Source: Minisyncoccia bacterium
Lineage (GTDB): Bacteria > Patescibacteriota > Minisyncoccia > Phycocordibacterales > UBA9973
Reading direction: 5' to 3'
NCBI GenBank assembly: GCA_049317285.1
Contig: JBMOIO010000001.1
Location: 20,388-84,387, forward strand
DNA: 64,000 bases
A program made the position numbers and the translations under genes. The notes beneath the pieces are model-generated. The model saw nothing but the letters and a program-made list of their open reading frames with translations. It was not told the DNA's origin and did no database searches. Positions 60,408-64,000 of the stretch are shown here, in pieces (positions within the stretch are counted from its first letter, which is position 1; every line of letters begins with the position of its first letter).

Positions 60408-60614
60408 TTATTTGAGCAATTCATTAACCGAAACCCCGACCGCTTTCGCCAATTTTGCAATTGTCGCAAGTGTTGGATTCGTTTTTCCGTTTTCTATTGT
60501 ACTAATAAAACCGCGACTTACTTCCAGTTCGCGAGCAATATCTCCCTGCGAAATACCTTTCTTGGTTCTGATCCTTTTCAAGTTCAGACCCAATTTTGCA
60601 GATTCGTTTATCAT
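60408..60614 (-). CDS. XRE-family HTH regulator (68 aa)
   Basis: LKRIRTKKGISQGDIARELEVSRGFISTIENGKTNPTLATIAKLAKA; ATG 7 nt after TATACT. Confidence 0.88.
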   Translation of the reverse strand: MINESAKLGLNLKRIRTKKGISQGDIARELEVSRGFISTIENGKTNPTLATIAKLAKAVGVSVNELLK

Positions 60615-60674
60615 TATCCACAGTATATCGCATTGGTATAGTATATCACAATGATATGATATAATGTAACTATG

Positions 60675-60903
60675 ACGGCGAAGCAAAACCAAAAATTTCC
60701 TTTCCATTTTTTGTCGGCTCCCCCACACCCCCCGCCGAAAATCTAAAAGAAAGGTAAGGAAAATTTTTGGTTTTTGCTCCCGCGACCGAAGGGAGCGGAC
60801 GAGGCGTGCATCACTCCTCATCAGGATTGCTTTCAAAAAAGGTTCGAATTTTGTACAATGAATACCGCAAAATAGGGAGCACGAAGTGCGACCATATTTT
60901 GCG
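60675..60903 (-). repeat. 229-bp inverted repeat, right copy, abutting the tRNA-Ser 3' end
   Basis: Reverse complement of 57175-57404. Confidence 0.92.
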
Positions 60904-60988
60904 GAGGATGGGAGATTCGAACTCCCGAGGGCATTACTACCCTGCCACGTTTCCAACATGGTGCACTAGACCGCTATGCGAATCCTCC
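60902..60988 (-). tRNA. tRNA-Ser(GGA)
   Basis: GGAGGAT acceptor stem, anticodon loop TTGGAAA, long variable arm, GTTCGAATC T-loop; no encoded CCA. Confidence 0.93.
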
Positions 60989-61006
60989 AAGCAACTAAAC
61001 TTACCA

Positions 61007-61903
61007 CTACTGAGCCATTTCGTGCAAGCGGGCGATGCGCTTCTCGGCTGGTGGGTGCGTCATAAACAAATGCGCAATACCGCTTGCCGCCTTTCCTCCA
61101 AAGGGATTACTAATGTACATGTGGGCCGTCGCATTTGTTGCGTTTGCCATTGGTCGACCATAGCTTGAGATTTTTGCAAGCGCATTCGCCAAACCCTCAG
61201 GATAGCGGGTAAGGAGTGCACCAGTTGCGTCCGCCAAGTATTCACGCTTTCGGGAAATCGCGAGCTGTATCATAACTGCAATAATCGGCGAGAGGATAAC
61301 AAAAATAATGCCGATAATCGCAATAATATTATTTCCTTTATTATCATTGTCACTGTGCATCCCACCAAAAAGCAAACTCCTTGAAACCATATCCGCAATG
61401 ATAGAAATAAAGCCGACAAGCACTGCGACCATGCTTTGGAGCAAAATATCTTTGTTACCAATATGTGCAAGCTCGTGCGCAATCACGCCTTCAAGCTCGT
61501 TGCGCTCGAGTAGTGCAAGCAAGCCTTCGGTTACTGCAACTGACGCATGTTTTGCGTTGCGCCCCGTAGCAAATGCATTCGGGGCAGGGTCCGGAATAAT
61601 ATACACTCCTGGCTTTGGAAGTCCGGCGGTGATAGAGAGGTTTTCAACAATGCGATGAAGCTCAGCATACTGCTCTACTCGGGCCGGCACAGCATGTGCA
61701 AGGCGAAGCGCTATCTTGTCGGAGAACCAATAGCTTGTGATATTCATCACGACCGCAAAGACAATCGCTATAGTCACAATCCCTGGGTTGTTATAGTACG
61801 CTGACAGGAAATACCCGATAGCGAGCACAACCGCCACAAAGACTCCGACAAGGAGCCATGTTTTTGTAACATTTTCAGCTTTGTGCGTATAAATTGTGGC
61901 CAT
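61007..61903 (-). CDS. htpX: M48 zinc metalloprotease HtpX
   Basis: PNAFATG, HELAH, SRKREYLADA, THPP motifs. Confidence 0.93.
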   Translation of the reverse strand: MATIYTHKAENVTKTWLLVGVFVAVVLAIGYFLSAYYNNPGIVTIAIVFAVVMNITSYWFSDKIALRLAHAVPARVEQYAELHRIVENLSITAGLPKPGVYIIPDPAPNAFATGRNAKHASVAVTEGLLALLERNELEGVIAHELAHIGNKDILLQSMVAVLVGFISIIADMVSRSLLFGGMHSDNDNKGNNIIAIIGIIFVILSPIIAVMIQLAISRKREYLADATGALLTRYPEGLANALAKISSYGRPMANATNATAHMYISNPFGGKAASGIAHLFMTHPPAEKRIARLHEMAQ

Positions 61904-61920
61904 GAGAAACTACTAGAGAT

Positions 61921-62472
61921 TTAGAACTTCACTTCAACAACTTGAGATTCTACTCCGTCGTCTGGAATATCAAAGTATTCTTTTGAAGTGAATGAGAACA
62001 GCTTGCCGACAACATTTGAAGGTGCAGTTTCAAGCTTGGTGTTGTAGTCGCGAACATTGCCATTGAAGAAACGACGTGCTGCTTGGATTTTGTTTTCAGT
62101 GTCAGAGAGCTCGCGCTGAAGTTCAAGGAAGTTCGTATTCGCCTTAAGGTCTGGGTAGGCTTCACTGATTGCAAAGAGGCTTTTGAGTGTTCCAGAAAGT
62201 TCGCCTTCTGCTTTTGAGTGCTCAGCTGCTGTACCTGCCTGCATTGCCTGGCTTCGGGCTGCTGTTACCTTTTCAAAAACACCAGACTCATGTGCAGCAT
62301 ATCCTTTAACCGTATTAATTAAGTTCGGAATCAGGTCATAGCGACGCTTGAGCTGAACCTCAATATCCGCCCACGCTTCTTCCACGCGATTTCTAATAGT
62401 GACAAAACCGTTATAGGTAACGATAAACCACAGTACGAGAACAGCTACAATTGCAATTATTATCCATGTCAT
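61921..62472 (-). CDS. lemA: LemA family protein
   Basis: IEVQLKRRYDLIPNL, EAYPDLKAN, ENKIQAARR motifs. Confidence 0.93.
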   Translation of the reverse strand: MTWIIIAIVAVLVLWFIVTYNGFVTIRNRVEEAWADIEVQLKRRYDLIPNLINTVKGYAAHESGVFEKVTAARSQAMQAGTAAEHSKAEGELSGTLKSLFAISEAYPDLKANTNFLELQRELSDTENKIQAARRFFNGNVRDYNTKLETAPSNVVGKLFSFTSKEYFDIPDDGVESQVVEVKF

Positions 62473-62542
62473 ACAGTCAGCATAGCACGGGCACAAAAAC
62501 CCGCAAGGAAGATTCCGTGCGGGTTTTTGTATTGAAATACGC

Positions 62543-63433
62543 TTATTTTTCCTTCTTTTGCGCCTGTTCCATCACTACCAAAAGCGGACTTGCCAAGAAT
62601 ATTGATGAATACGTCCCGAAGAACATACCGATTGCAAGCACTGTTGCGAAAAGTTGGGTGCTTTCCGGTCCAAATACTGCGAGAGAAATAACCATCACCA
62701 GCACAACAACCGAAGTGTTCACTGATCGAGCAAAGGTCTCTTTCAAGCTCTCTCCCACAAGCTCGGGAAACGGCTGTTTTTTATTGTTGCCAAGATGTTC
62801 GCGGACACGGTCAAATACCACAATGGTGTCAGAAATTGAAAGTGCGAGCGTTGTAAGGAGTGCCACAATAAACAACGTATCGAGCTCAGCTCCCGTAAAA
62901 TGCGCAATTGTAGCGAATGCCCCTAACGGAATAACAATGTCGTGTACCAAGGCCAAAATTACAGCGAGGCCAAACTTCCATGACGACACTGGTTCGGAAA
63001 CCTTTCGGAATGCGTAAGCAACAAAACAGATAATTGCAAGCAGCGACAATAGGACCGCAATAATCGCTTTGTTTCGAAGTTCTGCCCCTACAGATGGTCC
63101 AATCATGGTAAAGCCCTGCTGGACCACTTCTCCTGTTGTACCAACAGCACGAACAACTTCAGCACGACCTTCTTCTGTGAGCTCCCTGTTTTTGATGATA
63201 ATAGTACTCTCTCCTGTCGGCTGAACTACGGCATCTTCATAACCGGCAAGTACGAGTGCTTCTTTAATGACAGAAACTTCAGGTCGAGCAGTAATATAAG
63301 AAAGCTCCAATGATGAACCACCCTTGAAATCAATCCCCAACGGAAGACCAAAGAATGCAACTGCTCCGAGAGAAACGGTCATGAGGAATAAAGAGAGTGC
63401 GATGAAAAATTTTCTGTACTGAATGATAAACAT
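62543..63433 (-). CDS. secF: protein translocase subunit SecF
   Basis: LGIDFKGG, IGPSVG, HD, DTIVVFDRVRE, GTYSSIFLA motifs. Confidence 0.94.
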   Translation of the reverse strand: MFIIQYRKFFIALSLFLMTVSLGAVAFFGLPLGIDFKGGSSLELSYITARPEVSVIKEALVLAGYEDAVVQPTGESTIIIKNRELTEEGRAEVVRAVGTTGEVVQQGFTMIGPSVGAELRNKAIIAVLLSLLAIICFVAYAFRKVSEPVSSWKFGLAVILALVHDIVIPLGAFATIAHFTGAELDTLFIVALLTTLALSISDTIVVFDRVREHLGNNKKQPFPELVGESLKETFARSVNTSVVVLVMVISLAVFGPESTQLFATVLAIGMFFGTYSSIFLASPLLVVMEQAQKKEK

Positions 63434-63452
63434 GATAAAACGTTATGATTGA

Positions 63453-64000
63453 TTATGATCGAAAGCCGCTACTAAAAAGAAATTTTCCAATGCGCGTGTT
63501 CTCCATCTTTGGAAGTGATACGAGAAAGAGCTTTGTAATAGTGATTGCACTGATAAGGCTCACGAGAACACCGAGACCAAGCGTTAGGGCGAAGCCCTTG
63601 ATCAGTGATGACCCGAACCAGAACAATATTACAGCAATAATAATGCTCGCGATATTTGCGTCCCGGATAGAGTGCCATGCGCGGGCAAAGCCGTCATTGA
63701 GTGCGTCGTTGTTTTTCTTTCCGTGTGCGCGTTCTTCGCGGAAGCGCTCAAAGATGAGAATGTTTGCGTCAACCGCAATACCGATTGAAATGATAAATCC
63801 AGCAATTCCGGCCGCAGTAAGGGTTACTGGAATAAGCTTGTAGAGTGCGAGTGTCATGATGACATAGAGCGCAAGGGCGAGCACTGCCACAATTCCCGGC
63901 AACCGGTACCAGAGAATAAGGAGTACTGCCACGACAATAAAACCGATAAGTGCGGCCTGTATACCAGAGAGGATAGCATCAGTCCCCAGTGTTGCTCCCA
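63453..64000 (-). CDS. secD: protein translocase subunit SecD (C-terminal part)
   Basis: GIAG.IISIGIAVDANILIFER, IRDAN, KGFALTL motifs; continues beyond the window. Confidence 0.93.
   Translation of the reverse strand, partial: GATLGTDAILSGIQAALIGFIVVAVLLILWYRLPGIVAVLALALYVIMTLALYKLIPVTLTAAGIAGFIISIGIAVDANILIFERFREERAHGKKNNDALNDGFARAWHSIRDANIASIIIAVILFWFGSSLIKGFALTLGLGVLVSLISAITITKLFLVSLPKMENTRIGKFLFSSGFRS

Noticed and set aside
60408-60959. 183-aa ORF and the similar 57167-57421 ORF, looking like duplicated proteins
   Set aside because: These are translations of the tRNA and the non-coding inverted repeat; the real gene is the 68-aa XRE.

Overview
The window comes from a small-genome bacterium; the gene content and 16S features point to Patescibacteria/CPR, probably Parcubacteria. 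It is mostly housekeeping: gyrA, rpsA, pth, lepB-hisS-def-fmt, pyk, dnaE, secA, rnpB, nrdBA, an unlinked 16S rRNA, murF/murB/murA-murC-murE, smc-rnc-nusB-rpmF, thrS, gyrB, a UvrD-nuclease fusion, pilins, htpX-lemA and secDF. Six observations stand out. (1) A perfect 48-bp palindrome spans the divergent murB / HTH-murA start codons and is a candidate operator for a DNA-binding MurA. (2) The 16S rRNA has lost the anti-Shine-Dalgarno sequence, and many genes have a -10 box 6-7 nt before the start codon, suggesting leaderless mRNAs. (3) tRNA-Asn(GUU) is split inside the anticodon by a group I intron that encodes an HNH protein. (4) A 3.3-kb cargo at tRNA-Ser is bounded by 230-bp near-perfect inverted repeats, with 32-bp repeats at gene ends and no recombinase nearby. 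(5) A 16S insertion consists of two covarying 44-nt hairpins. (6) Two peptides are missing from the ORF track: a lysine-rich H1-like one and a very acidic one. All calls come from reading the sequence by eye; no searches or folding programs were run.
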